Notes under the pieces: model-generated
Database searches by the model: none
The model's input: only the letters and a program-made list of their open reading frames with translations
Told to the model about the DNA's origin: nothing
Assembly: GCA_004431415.1 (NCBI GenBank)
Contig: QPMI01000542.1
Span: 62,001 to 126,000 of the forward strand
Length of the DNA stretch: 64,000 nt
Direction of reading: 5' to 3'
DNA from: Cyanophora paradoxa CCMP329
Taxonomy: Eukaryota; Plantae; Glaucophyta
Translations under genes and position numbers: made by a program
In this document: piece after piece, positions 24,001 through 36,564 of the stretch
How positions within the stretch are numbered: position 1 is the stretch's first letter
Layout of the letters: each line of letters starts with the position of its first letter

Positions 24001-27000
24001 GTGGAGTGGCTCCCGGACGACCCCTCCGCCGCGACGCCCGCCGGCGCCCCGGACCCCGCCGCCGCCCCCAGGCGCCCCCCGCCCCGCCCCGCCCCGCCCC
24101 TATCCTCCTCATATCTAATCTGATCTGATCTGCAGCCGGATCGCGGTGGTCGCGTTCGACCGGGGCCCCCTGGCGGCGGTGCGCCGGGGCTGCTGGGCTG
24201 CCGGCTCCCTTCCCATAAAGCTTTTAAGAGGCGCCGCAAGATCTGAGCTGAGCTGAGCTGAGCTGCGGGCGCGAGACAGGCTGAGCTTAAAGATACTTAA
24301 CAGTCTTGAAAGCTCAGCTTAAGGCTTAAGCTTAAGCATCTGAGCGGCGCCTCTTAAAAGCTCGCTGAGCTGCGGGCGCCTTTCAGCTTAAGCTGTAGCC
24401 GAAGGAGGCGCCTTAAGCCTTTCAGCTTAAATTCAAGCTCACAACTACACATTAAGCTTAAACCGAACTTAGAGGAGACCCGTTAAGCTTGAGCTGAGCC
24501 AAGAGAGCCGAGCCGAGCCGAGCTGACCAGGGGCCGGCCCAACAGGTGCGGGCGGAGCTGGGGGCCCTCTCGCGGGGGGTGGCGCGCCCCGCCGAGCTCC
24601 TCTGCTCCTACCTCGCCTCCGGCCTCCACGCCCAGGTGCGCCCCAGCCTCAGGGAAAGCCCAGCCTCCAGGTGCGGGGCGGGCTGGCGGACCGGCTAGCC
24701 GGCGGGCCCCCTCCGGGCCGGCTAGCTGCAGGTCATAGAGGCGCACAAGATGCCCGCCCCGCCCCCACCCTGCCCCGCCTCCGCCTCCGCCTCCCCCACT
24801 CCCCCCCCCCCCCTCCGCCCCGCCCCGCTAACGCTGGGCCAGGCGGGGGAGCTGTGCGCGGCGGTGGCGGGCCCCGACGAGGCGGCCCTCTGCGCCTCAA
24901 TCCTCGCCGACTCCGTGCGCCCTCATTCTAAGGCGTCTCTTATTCTAAGATGCCTCTTATTCTATGATGGATCTTAGAGTATCTGAGGTATCTCCGCCCT
25001 TTATTCTTAGATACCTCGTAGAATCGCCGGCGCCGTGCGCCCTGTCAGAGATCCTTAGAGATACTTAAAGACAGAGTCTTAGAGACATTCTTAGAATCCT
25101 AGATCTAGACACTCTTAGATTATATGTGCCCGGAGGGCTGCGCACGCCCCCAAACAGAGCCTCTGGACCTCCTCAGAGATCCTTAGAGATACTTGAAGAT
25201 AGAGTCTTAGAGTGTCTAAGGTGAGGAGAATCTTAGAATTAGACCTCCTCCATAGATCCCTCTGCGCCTCCATCCTCGCCGATCCTTAGAGATACTTCGG
25301 GATGGAGTCTTAGAGCATCTAAGATATCCCCACCCTTGGGGCTCGATGCTCTCAGGAACTGCTCTTAACTGCGCCTCCGGTCTTGCCGACCCCGTGCATG
25401 CGCCCCGCGATCTTAGTCTTAAACCTTGAAGCCAAGGCTTGGAGGATTAGGAAATTGCTTTTAGCTTTGGAGATTCTTAGAGATCTGCTTCACGTGAGCC
25501 GAAGCATTAGAGACCCTCCCCGGCGGGCCCGGGCCTGCTGAGCCCCTCCCCTCGCGCCTCCCGCGGCGGAAAGATATAGTCTCAGAGTATCTTAGCCCGC
25601 CCGCCCGCCGCGCCCGCCCGCCCGCCAGCCAGCCAGCCTGCCCGGCGCACCGCCCGAGCTGAGCCCAGGCCGACTCCCTCCCGCGCCTCCCGCGGCAGAT
25701 CCTGGCGGGCCCGGCGCCGCTGCCCGAGGCGGCGCGGGATCGGCTGTCCCGCGCCATCCGCCACGCCCTCGCCGCCGCCCCCAGCGAGGTCCGCCCGCGC
25801 CCCTCCTTTCCCCTCTCCCGCCTAGTCCGCTCGCTAGTCTCTATTGGGAGCGCTTCTTAGGCCTTTTTTAGTCCGCCCTCCTCTCCCCACTCCCGCTACT
25901 AGGGAGAAGTGGGGCGGGGGGCCTAGTCCGGCCCTCGCTCCCTCTCTCCCCACTCCCGCCGTCGCTGGCGAGGTCGCTGGCGGAGACGCCCGAGAAGCGC
26001 CCCCCTCCTCTCCCTTTTCCTAGTCTGCGAGTACCTTCCCTAGGCGCTTCTCGGGCGTCTCCGCGCCCCACTCCTCTCCCTTTTCCTAGTCTGCGAGTAC
26101 CTAGGCGAGGACCCGCCTGCGGCGAGGGAGGACCCTCTCCCCTCTCCCGCCTAGTCTGCTCACAGCGAGGACCCTCTTTAGCTTAAGCTTCTCGGGCGTC
26201 GTTTAGAATCTCCTGCAAGTCTGCTCGCGTCGCTTCGCTCACGTCGCCTCGCTCCGCGTCGGCCAGGGGCGGGTGGCGGGGTCGCTGCGGGCTATCCAGC
26301 GCCGCTTCCTCGCCAAGCTCCTCGAGGGCCAGCAGGTGCCCGCCCGCCTGCCGCCCCGCCTCGCCGGCCCCGCCGCGCCCTCCCACTAGACCAGTACCTT
26401 CCCCCTAGCTCCGAGCTCACGCCGGCCCCCCGCCCCGCCCCGGCGCCCCGCGCAGCTGCACGATGCCTTCGACGAGGCGCACAACCTTCACGCCCCCGAC
26501 GGGTCCGCCGTACCCCCGCCCCCGCCCCCACACCCCCCGCCCTCGCCCCCCCTACCCCCCTACCCCCTCTCCTCGGCTCCTTGCCTCCGTCTGCTAGGCG
26601 GACCGCGCCCCTCCCCTCCACCCCCGCCCCTCGGGTCCGCCGTAGCCCCACCCCCGCCCCCTCCCCGATTCTCCCCCCCCCCCCCGGCCCTTCGCCTCCG
26701 CCTCCTAGGCGGACCGCCCCGCCCCCCCCCCCCCCCCCCCTCCACCCTCGCCCCTCCACCCCGCCCCTCCACCCCCGCCCCTCGGCTCTCCCCCCCCCCT
26801 TCACCCCGCCCCTCGGCGGCTGTTAGAGCTCCCCCGCCCACCTCCGCCCTCCGTCTCACCCTCCTCCCCCCCTCGCCCCCGCGCCCCGCCTCCGCCCTCG
26901 CCCGTCGGCTATGGTTAGACCCCTGCGCTCGCCCCTAGGACTAGTGATAGCCCCCGCGCCCTCTCCGGCTCCCTTCCCGCCTCGGCCCTCGCCCTTGAGG

Positions 27001-28149
27001 GACGGCCCTCCCCCCGCACCCCCGCACCCCGCCGGGCGAGCCGCCCGCTCCAGCTCCTCCGCCCCCCGCCCTCCATGAGATTTCTAATAATATTAATCTA
27101 GTTCCAGTATAGTTTTCTAAAACTAATAGTCCAATTTGTATATGCAGCTGGCAAGACTAAACTAACCGAATGACCCTCCAACCCCCCCCCCCCCTCCCAG
27201 GTACATGGACGTGGCGCGGTGGGCGTTCGCGCTGGGGGAGGGCCTCCTCGGGGAGGTCGCATGGGGCAAGGCCACCGCCCTCCTCGCCCCGCAGGTCAGA
27301 CGGAGCCCGCAGTTCTAGCGACACGCCCCGCCCCGCCCCTTTCGCTTCAAGGCCCGAACTAGCGCATTTAGGCCACCGCCCTCCTCGCCCCCCAGGCCCG
27401 CCCCCGCCCGCCCCCCACTTCTTCTTCTTCCTCTTCTTCTTCTTCGTCCTCTGCCTGACGGAGCCGCCCCGCCCGCCCTCCCGCGCAGGGGGACCTCCTG
27501 GCGATGCTCCCGCGCCCGCAGGAGGACCCCTCCCCGGACGCCCTCGCCCCCGGGTACGCATTCTCATTCTTATAGGGGCACCGGCCTTAGATAGATCCCT
27601 TGTGCCTTTATATAGCCCCTTTAGCTCCTTTAGCTGTAGCTTGTGCCTTTATTTAGCCCCTTTAGCTCCTTATAGTCATCGCTCAGATATTCCTCTAGGG
27701 CCCCTCCATCGACGCCCTCGCCCCCGGGTCCGCCCCATGCGGCTCCGCATTCAGGCTCCTTCAGCTCCTAGGCCAACCGCCCTAGGCCACCCCCATTTCG
27801 GCTCCATTAGCTGCATCTTTAGGCACCGGGCATCTCTTGATAGCCTCCCCCCCTGGAGCTCCTTATCCTATTATTAGCTCCTGTAGCTCCTAGGCCACCA
27901 CCCCCACCCCCCCCCCCGTTTTTTAGGCCACCCCCGCGCCCTCGCCCCTACGAGCAGGCTACCCCGCGGCGGCCGCAAAGCGCCGCCCCCGTCCCCGCCC
28001 CCGCCTCGACCCCGGGCCTCGCCTCACGAGCGGGCGGGCGGGCCGGCAGGCTGGCGGCGACGCGCCTGGGGCCCGGGCCGGGGTACGACGCCGCGGCGGC
28101 GGGGGGCGTGCCCCCGCCCCCCAACACGGTCATCAAGCTGCAGCGCTAG
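21013..28149 (+). CDS. WDPCP: WDPCP/Fritz (CPLANE ciliogenesis effector) homolog, many exons
   Basis: Spliced peptides SEDETLVAIGCE|DGTLLAY, WHPGGALLLVGFENGALCFVDPALN, AFDRGPL, IQRRFLAKLL...DAF and YMDVARWAFALGEGLLGEVA. These are colinear with recalled WDPCP motifs (LGCEDSSL, HPSGAILLVG..QGELQIFDMALS, FERGPL, RRFFHHLL, FMDIHYLA..GE..LAEVA). Confidence 0.78.
23410..23560. repeat. Intronic ~30 bp degenerate tandem repeat (CTCTAGGATCTAAACC...ATCTTAACC)
   Basis: About five imperfect copies, each containing TAGGATCT or CAGGATCT. Confidence 0.7.
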
Positions 28150-28722
28150 CGCTAGTGCGTTCAAGCGGGGCAGGCAAACCTGAGCGACGGCGCGCGGCGC
28201 GCGCGACCGGGACTTGCTGCCTGCAGAGAGTCTTGCTGCAATTCAAATGCAATGATTTTAAAATCGCGGAAGATGTCAGGCTGATATCGATCATATGCAT
28301 GCACTGCGGCATGAATGTCGGAAACACGTGATCATGAGCATGAGGGGCGAACAACGAGAGTGTCATCAATATCTTACCTATGATATGATTATAATTATAA
28401 TCACAGGAGACTCGGAGACTCAGAGACTCTAGGGATCATGATCACGATCAGTGCTGGCTAGTGAGCCAAACAAACGATATCAATATCGATATTTATGATC
28501 ATGATAATCAGATTACAAGAGAGATCAGCTGCAGTGCTGATTAGTGAGCCAACGAGCACCGCTCCATATCGACAACAAAAAACGAGGAGCTCCGATATTG
28601 ATCGACAGCATTAGGCTAATAAAACCAAGACACCGACTTTGGCAATACAGAGCTATGAAAATAATAAGCAAAACAAGTTTACTAGTAATTATATTAGCAA
28701 TGCTAACTATATACCTAGATAC

Positions 28723-30966
28723 CTAGATACCTACATTCGATGAAAGAGAAATGGAATCACGCGACTCCCTCATTGCAGCCGGGCGCGACATGCACAGCCC
28801 CGGCCGGGCTCCCCAGCTCGCCAAGCAACCAGGAGGCGTCCAGGGGGGTACATTGGGACAGGGGCCCCTCGTGGGGTACGTGGGAGGGGTACGCGTCCGC
28901 GACGTTCTCGGGGTCGTCGACGAGGTGCAGGTTCGATTCCAGGGGGGACATATCGAAGGGGAAGGGGATCGCTGGCGCCTGCGAACGAAGGGGTCGGAGG
29001 GGGGGGGGGTTCGCGGGGGGAGGGAGGGGTACGGCACGGTCGCACTTCGTCGGAGGGGAGCGGGGGTGCGGCGGGCAGGGGAGACGGCATCTTCTCGATG
29101 GTGAGGGGGGTACCGACAGGGCGGGGTCGCTTTCCCCCTCGCCGCTCATCGGAGGGGTAGAGCGAGGCCAAGGATGATATGGGAGACATTTGCATGCCCG
29201 TCATCGGTGCCAGGGCGAGCTGTTCAGGGGTAGCAGTTAGTTAAGAGAAGAATATTCGGAAAGGGGCGGCTGGAGATCCGAACCCGGGCCAGGACAGGAC
29301 CAGGGCCGGCCAGGACCCGGGCGATGACCTCGGCGGGTACCGCTCCCGATTTCTGCGGGACGGTCGGACTGGCGCCGCGGGGGGTACGGCGACCGCGGGG
29401 GATACGGCGACCGCGGGGGGTACGCCTCTCGGACCTCGGCGAGGACGTATTCGGAAACGACCTTACCCCGCCCGGGGCACTCGCTGTCTCCGTAGAACCT
29501 GCCGCGGGTTCGATTCCGCGATCGAGCTTCCATTTCTTCAACGTTAACGTGGTACCCCTCACCAGAACAGGTACCGGACGAACTGCTCGGGCTCGACGAG
29601 GGTCACCAGCTGCGGGGAAGAGGGGTACGGCGTCGGCGACGGCAAGGGGGTGGACGGGGGAGGGAGGGGGGTACGCACGTCCTCGTAAAACCGCATAATG
29701 GGGGCGAACATCCGCTTTAGGACCGACGAGACGCCCGAAAGCTCCCGCGACAGGCCTGCCAGAAGGAGGGGGCAAAGAGTCGTACGCCGGCGGCGCAGGT
29801 GGGGGGAAAGAAGGGGGCGCACGGTGCAAGGAGGAGAAAAGCTCCTGTTCGGACTCGAAGACGCGGTAGTTCCGCGTCAGCTGCTCCATCACGTCCGCCT
29901 GCATGCGAAACGTCACGGGGGGGATGGGGAGGGGCAGGGGATGCCGAGGCGGCTCCGGGGGTACGTCGTATCGCGCACCTTTCGCGCGGGATCGAGGGCG
30001 AGCGAGGCGCTGGCCTCAGTGGCGAGGAGCCGGGCCTCTGGGGAGTGTCGGAGGAAGAGGCCGGGCGTGCCCGACGCCTCCCGCTCCGCCTGTACGAGAG
30101 ACGATATGATCCACGAGTGGGCGAGGCGGTCCTGCGCCAGCGCGTGCGCGCGGCTTTGCTTTGAGCGGCGCGGCGCGGAGCGGCGCGCGGGGCGTCGGTC
30201 CCACCTCGGCGCATCGCATAGCCTCCGCCGCGTCCTCCGCCCAGCTGCGCGTGCATGCGCGAGGCGGCGCCGGCGTCGTCGGCGCGGCGCGGCGCGGCGG
30301 GAAGCCCGACATCAGCGCACGCACGCGAGGAGGGCGCGGGAGAACTCCAAGTCGAGGTTCCAGTAGACCTGCAGCTCGCGCCCCAGCTCCTCCGTCGGGA
30401 CGCCGCGCTGCGCGGATCCGGCCCTCAGCGCCAGCCGGCGCCGGCGCGCCTCGCTCAGAGGCGGCGCGGCGCGGACCTTGAACAGGCCGAAGAGGGAGCT
30501 GAGCCCGCCGCGCAGCGCGGCGTCCGCAGACCGTATGCGCTCGCTCGCGCAGGCCAAGGGCGCCTGACCAGCGGGCGGCAAGGGCGCGACAGCAGCTTCG
30601 TGTGAGGAGGACGGCGGCGGCTGCGTGGGAGGGCCGACCGCCGCCGGCTGAGGCCGTGTGCGCTCTCGCTGCAGCTCGACTCGGAGCTGCGCGTTCTCTC
30701 TCCGCAGCTCCGCGCATTCCTGCAAGCGAGCTGGTCAGCACGGCAGGAGAAGCGCGGGCTGAGGCTCGCGGGCGCTGCGCGACGTGCAGCGAGGCTTCGG
30801 AAGCTTTTCGCACCTCCTGGAGCCGCGCGTGCTCTGCCTGGAGGCGCTGGAACTCCTCCCGCTTCCTCGCCCGGCTGCGGCGACTCGCCTCACGCTCGCG
30901 CTCCTTCTTGCGCGCTTCGCGCTCGTCGGCGTCGTTCGTGCGGTCTTCCTCCGTGTCCGGCGGCAT
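28723..30966 (-). CDS. bZIP transcription-factor-like protein, multi-exon
   Basis: Basic region RKKEREREASRRSRARKREE followed by heptad leucines (LQAEHARLQE|ECAELRRENAQLRVEL). Downstream exons give coherent peptides. 3' end uncertain. Confidence 0.7.
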
Positions 30967-31700
30967 CGCCAAACCGTGGGCGGCCAAGAGAGACGCGTGT
31001 CGCTCGCTGCGAAGCGGGGCAGCCGCAAATGCTAAGCCCGGCGAAGCCCGCTGGCTAACGGCTGTCAAACTGCAGCTGCTGTCGTGCTCAGCTGCGGCTC
31101 AGGCTAGCAAGTGCGAGGGGTACGAGGCGAGCGCCGACGTCAATTTGATCTCGATATCATCCGAAGTAGGCGCCCCCGGCATAGATCGAGATCTGGAGGC
31201 CGCGAAGCTCGACGAAAGTGGCCACCCAGCTTTACCACAAGTCGCCCATTGCTTGTATTGGTGCGACTTGGTGCGACTTGCAATGGGCGCAGCACACATA
31301 CGCGCAACTGCATCCTTATAATATAATTGAGTATATAGCTGCATGCATATGCGGCGCCGATCGCGAGCCAACATTCTAACATAAGTACACTAGTACTGGC
31401 GCCCGGCGGACTCTCTGATCCTCTACTGCCGCAGCGCTAGCTACAGCGCTTGCTACAGCGCTTGCGGTGGCCCCGGGCCCGTGGATCGGTTACGGCCATG
31501 CGCATGCGGCTCGCTAGCGCTAAGCGGCTCGCCCGTGCGCGCGCGGAAGAGAGAAAAGATCGCAGAAGATCTAGAGACTTGAGAGACAATCGATATCGTT
31601 TCTGGAAATTAAGACGGCAGATTAAGATTAACATTAAGATCTGCAGATGAAGACGAGCCTCGGACCGGAGGGAAACGTGGCCGCGCTTTAAATTAAATGG

Positions 31701-32642
31701 CTACTTGTAAGCTATCTGCACATCTCGGAGGGCGGCCTGCAGCGCCCTGCGCCCGTCGTCCCCGAGATCGGCCGCGTCGCCCTCGATCACGAGGCGGCGG
31801 AGGCGCTTGAGGGCCGAGACGGCGACGAGGCCGCCCGCAGAGCTGAGGGGGAGCGGCGACTTGACCGTGAGATTCTGGAGGGAGGGGACGTCCGAGGCAA
31901 GCCGCTGCGCATACGGACGCAGAGCATATGCATAATTATAAGCTCACGTCGCACGTGCACGGCACAAAATGCGACGGGCGTCAAGAATTCGATTGCTGAC
32001 CTTGAAAAACGCGCCCGGAATTTCTGCATCGCCCTCCATGCACTCCAGGGTGAGGGACTTGAGGCTCGTCCACTGCTGCAAGGAGAGCTGCGCGAAGGTC
32101 GAGAAGGCCCTCGATGGCAGCATGAGATGTAGACTCTGCAGACGGCCGCGGAGTTATGGGAAAGTCATGGGATCGCGATGTATATGCATATGCAAGCGGA
32201 AAGGGCGCCTTCAACGTTAACCCACCTCCAGCGCAACCAGCTTTGAGGCGCCTGCAGCAAACGACGCGGAAGCCGCTTCGTCGAGGTTTTCGTGTGTGAT
32301 GATGGCACTTTGGAGGCTGCCAGCAAGGGGCAGGAGCGCCGAGATGTCCGCTGGACCCCTCATGTTCAGGCAGATGAACTCCAGCTGCCGCATACCGCTG
32401 AGGAAGCCGGTGTGCATGTGATAAACAAGTACAGCGTATGCTAATCGAGGAGGTTGTCAGTACTAGTACAGGTAATGTTGATTAGAAGCTTTGCGATCGT
32501 CTCTCACCGCGCAGCGAGGAGAGGCCGGAGAGCGGCTGCAGGTCCGCTTCAGAAGCTCTTGGCCAGATTTGCGATCCCTCCTCGTCGAAGCATTCTGAGG
32601 ACCGTGCTCGATCATGAGCTTGAGGTTGTCGACTAGAAATCG

Positions 32643-32738
<96 letters not shown>

Positions 32739-34070
32739 ATATCGATTTGAAATCAGTGATCCACCTATTTTTAGCTGCTCCAGTTTCTGGAAAGCAGCGA
32801 TCGACGAGAAGATGGGAAGCAAAGCGCCAGTGGCGAAGATGCCACACCGCAGCCGCTTGAGTGTGGGAGCCAGCGGTGCGAGGGCTTGCAGGGTCTCCAG
32901 GGTCATCGACATGCTGCAAGAACACGTGTATACGTACATGTGGTCTAAGAAATATGAATGAACAAATTTATATTAGGCAGATGTGGCGCACTACGAAAAC
33001 TCCAGAGCCTGCAACGGGAGCGATGCCAACATTTGCACTGCGCCCTGAACCAATGGCCCAGCCACCGGTACCAGTTCAAGGTTATCTTCCAGCGGTATAC
33101 AGTCGCTTGAAATGCGCGCAATATACACCTGCAGGGACGACATTGGTGTGCAGATCTAGAAGCGTGCTGTTAACCTCGAGCTCCCATGTACATGTGCACC
33201 TGTTCCAGTCGCGAGAAGTGCTGAATCGTTGGCAGAATGCCCGGGGATACAACGCTCTTGAAAGCGATTCTGAGCTCCGTTAGTTGCATGCCAAACATTT
33301 TGCTCAACTTGCTGAAATGAGAATCGCTGAGATCGCCGTCTTCCAGACAAAGCGAGCGCAGCGCTTCACGGCGTGCTTTCGGCTGATCATGATTGAGAAG
33401 CGCATCAACGACTTTATCGCTGGCTGGTCTGATGAATATGCGCTCCCACAGGCTGGGCTGCAGTGCGAGGCTGCGGAAGCGGCGGGAGACGTGGCTCAGC
33501 TGCACGAGCTCGCAGAGGTCCTGATCGGTAGAGCGACTGGAGCCAGAGTACGCTTTGATTGACCCGATCTCGGTGTAGCTAGTCTCCGACGCTTTCGCGA
33601 TGATGCGCGCGACGAGCTCGTCGGGCAGCGCGTCGAACGGGCTGCCGCCGGCCGCCATCGCCGCCGCCACGCGCGAGAGCGTCGCCGCGGACGCTGCGGG
33701 CAATATATATACGTCAGAGGTTTGACTCGCGAGAGAGCTCTAGATCTGATAAGCGCGAGCAGGCGGAAGCGGCCGCAGCTGCGGCAGACAATGCAGGAGC
33801 AGGCGGAAGCGGCCGCAGCGCACCCTGCAGCTGGCCGGCCGCGGCCGCGGCGCCGGCCGACGTCGACGGTACCGGCCGCGGTACCGGTGTGGCCGCGCTC
33901 GCGATCGACGAAGACGAGCCCGCAGAGACGGTACCGCCTCCTGCTCACGCAGGTCAGCGAAGGGACACGCGAAGCTCGAAACGCGGCGGCGTGGCTCAAG
34001 CTCGCTGACCTGCCGCCGGCGCATCTCCCGCGGCCGCCCTCGCCCGCTTCGCCGCCCGCTCGCGCGCCAT
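31701..34070 (-). CDS. F-box / LRR-like protein, copy C, multi-exon
   Basis: [11 protein letters not shown] start, [15 protein letters not shown]...[41 protein letters not shown]. Stop at 31701. Confidence 0.8.
32645..32736. repeat. (AT)n microsatellite in an intron of F-box copy C
   Basis: About 90 bp of pure AT dinucleotide repeat. Confidence 0.98.
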
Positions 34071-34719
34071 CTGCCCCGAGAGCAATCCAGCTGCAGGTAC
34101 GCACGAGAGCGTGGCCTGCGATGGTGGTCAGCGGCGGAGCGGCCGAGCCGATCTTCGCCAAAACAGCACACCTTGCCAAGCGACCACCCTGCTCGCACTC
34201 GCACTCGCGTCGCCGCGCTCCCTCCGGGTAGCGCGGTTGTTGCGGGACCAAAGCAGCAAAGCAGCTGCCAAAGCTGGTCGTACGGGTACAGTGCCGAATC
34301 GCTGGCGAGCTTGGAGCGCAGACAACCGGCTCGACACCGTGCAACACCGTGCTCCCGCGGGAAATCGATAGCTGCAGCTCGTGCGGCGCCAGCGCGTTCT
34401 CGTCGCGCTGCCACATTGTGTTCCCCTCACGCTGCCTCGAGACATTGCCAGCGGGAAGAGGGCCTCGTGCGTCGTTGAGGTCCGGATGCGCGGTGTTGCA
34501 GCGCGCCGCTTCCTGCCCTCGCCCACCTTCCCCGCAGACTTTGCCCTCGACGCAGCAGGCAGCCGCCGCTGCGTGCCGGTCGCGCTCGTGCAGTGCGGCG
34601 CAGCGAGCTGCCAGCGCTAGCGCGCCGTGCCACCCGAGACGTCGCCGCAGGCCTCCCCTCCCCGCTCCAGCTCCGCCCGCGAGCCGCCGTAAGGCAAGCG
34701 GCCACCCGCCCGCCCCGCC

Positions 34720-35719
34720 CCAGGGGATCGGTGGGATCTCTTACCGCCGCCGGGCCGGGCCGCAGGCGGGACCGATGGCGCGGCGGCGCGTGGGACCGGG
34801 GCGCCGGGGCGAGCCGCACCTTCGCAGCGAAGGCGCAGCGGCTGCTCCCGGGGTCGTGCTCCGGCGCGGTCAGGCGAGGGGTGAAGCTCCCCCCGTACCC
34901 CCCGTACCCCCCCAGCTCGCAGGCGGCGTGGGCGTCGGGGCGCCCTCCGGAGCCCGCTGGCAATCGCACTCGCCTACGCCCTCGGAGGCGCCGTCGGTCA
35001 ACGGGTGGCTCCCGAGCGCGCCGGGGGCGACCCCGTCCGTCTCCCCTCCCCCCCTCCACGGCGGCTGGCGCCTCCCGCCCTCCTCCGTGCCGCGCTCGGC
35101 GGCGGCGCCTATCCCGCGGAGGGCGTCGGCCAACGGGGCTGCCTCGCGGGCGGCCGCGTGCTCGCCGCCGGACCTGACGCCGCCGGCCTCGTGGGGCGGG
35201 CCGGGGACGGCGGCGGACGGCCTCGCGGCGGCGCTGGAGGCGGCCGGCCCGCGCGCCTTCTCGCCCGTCGACCTCTCCCCGCGGGGCGACCCCGGCGGCC
35301 GCCCGTCGATCGGGGAGGCGCTCTCGGCGATCTCGCCGCGGCGCCTGCCGCTCGCGTCGCCGCCGGCGCCCGACGTGAGCGCGCTGCACGCGTGCCTCGC
35401 CCAGCTGGAGGGCATCGCGCCGGCGCCGGCGCCCCGCGCGCCCCGCGTGGCGCCCTTCAAGGAGGCGCCCTCGCCGGCGCCGGCGGCCTCGCCGGGCCTC
35501 TCGGCCTCGCCCTTCCTTTCGGCGTCGGAGGAGGAGCGGCGCGCGCCCTCGAGCGGCGGCGCCGGCGGCCCGTCGACGTCGGGCGGCGAGGAGGAGAGCC
35601 TCCGCGCCGGCTCCGCCTTCGCCCCGGCCGCGGAGGAGGGCGAGGGCGACGAGGCCGCCCCGGCGCCCGCCGCGCCCCCCAGCAGGGCCGCCCGCCGCAA
35701 GAAGAAGAAGGGCCAGTGA
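34720..35719 (+). CDS. Chimeric partner gene (5' partner sequence plus 3' end copied from the 4.1-4.9 kb gene)
   Basis: From ~34937 the sequence is a near-identical inverted copy of 4133-4915 and ends RRKKKKGQ*. Start uncertain. Confidence 0.5.
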
Positions 35720-36001
35720 TAGGTAGCCCCTCCTCTTCGCGAACGCTTCTTTCCTAGCCTTAGCTAGCTAGTTGTGGATCCCTGTGATGCCCGCATCGTT
35801 TCGTTCCTGGGTGTACAGATCGACCTCTCTATCCTGCTTGCTATGCTTAATAACTTCGCTTTCAAAACATCGCCCTCGGCCTCGCCGGGCCTCTCGGCCT
35901 CGCCCTTAGCTTCCTGTCATTGTTTCACTAGCACTCGAGCTCGTTCAAACCAATTTTCCTTGCTGTAAATTGCAGGCTTCGTTCTTCACAAAATGTGAGT
36001 G

Positions 36002-36007
36002 GCTAGC
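36002..36007. repeat. Left target-site duplication GCTAGC
   Basis: GCTAGC flanks both element ends. It occurs once at the empty paralogous sites (...GTGAGTG-GCTAGC-TTCATG at ~53371 and ~59238). Confidence 0.95.
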
Positions 36008-36440
36008 AAAAAATGAGAGTACCCCCATCAGGGTGGGCCCGCCCTCTTTGCCACCCTCACCCCTCCAAAACCACCCCATCCCACCCACTCCAGCGCCTTC
36101 CCAGCCCTCATTCTTTCCCACTCTCTCGCTACGTCTACCGCCCTTCTCTCCCTCTGGTCTACCTCCCCTTCCATCCAGCAACCGCTAGGTAGTATCTAAC
36201 GTCTACTCCAATCGATCTTGCAAAAGATATAGCAGTGATTTGAGACGGGCCCCCAACGCGACGGTCTGCAGAGATAGCTTAATCAGCAGCTAGGCGTTAA
36301 TACTGTGTTCTTCCTATCTAAATAGCGGAGAGGTTTCCAGGTTCTAGCTAGACGATAAAACTATATAATCGAAGCTGATTGCATATGCGAGTTTAGGTTC
36401 TAGTTAGTCAATAATACTGTGTGGATGATAGCGCCGGTCT
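36008..36440 (+). repeat. Left terminal inverted repeat (433 bp)
   Basis: AAAAAATGAGAGTACCCCC...GCGCCGGTCT is the reverse complement of 47086-47518. No mismatch seen by eye. Confidence 0.96.
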
Positions 36441-36564
36441 TTGAATCACCAACGGGTCACCGCAATTGAGGTTTCTCTTATTTTGTCTTAAAGAGATCCC
36501 TTTCCAATATTGCTATGTGAAGTTGCGTTTGGAACAAGCAAAAAAATTGTGATATATACTTCCA

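Noticed and set aside
32482-32961. Proteins with long IYIYIY tracts
   Set aside because: These are translations of an intronic (AT)n microsatellite.
876-35757. Numerous long Arg/Pro/Gly/Ala-rich ORFs in the six-frame track
   Set aside because: Expected stop-poor shadow frames of very GC-rich DNA, overlapping spliced genes that have recognisable motifs.
34720-36007. Helitron-mediated gene capture explaining the chimeric partner genes
   Set aside because: CTAG is present at the breakpoint but is ubiquitous here. I see no subterminal hairpin, A|T insertion site or Rep/helicase gene.
35945-36188. Small ORFs at the element ends (also 47338-47536)
   Set aside because: They are mirror-image ORFs produced by the purine/pyrimidine-skewed TIR, have non-ATG starts and cross the element boundary.
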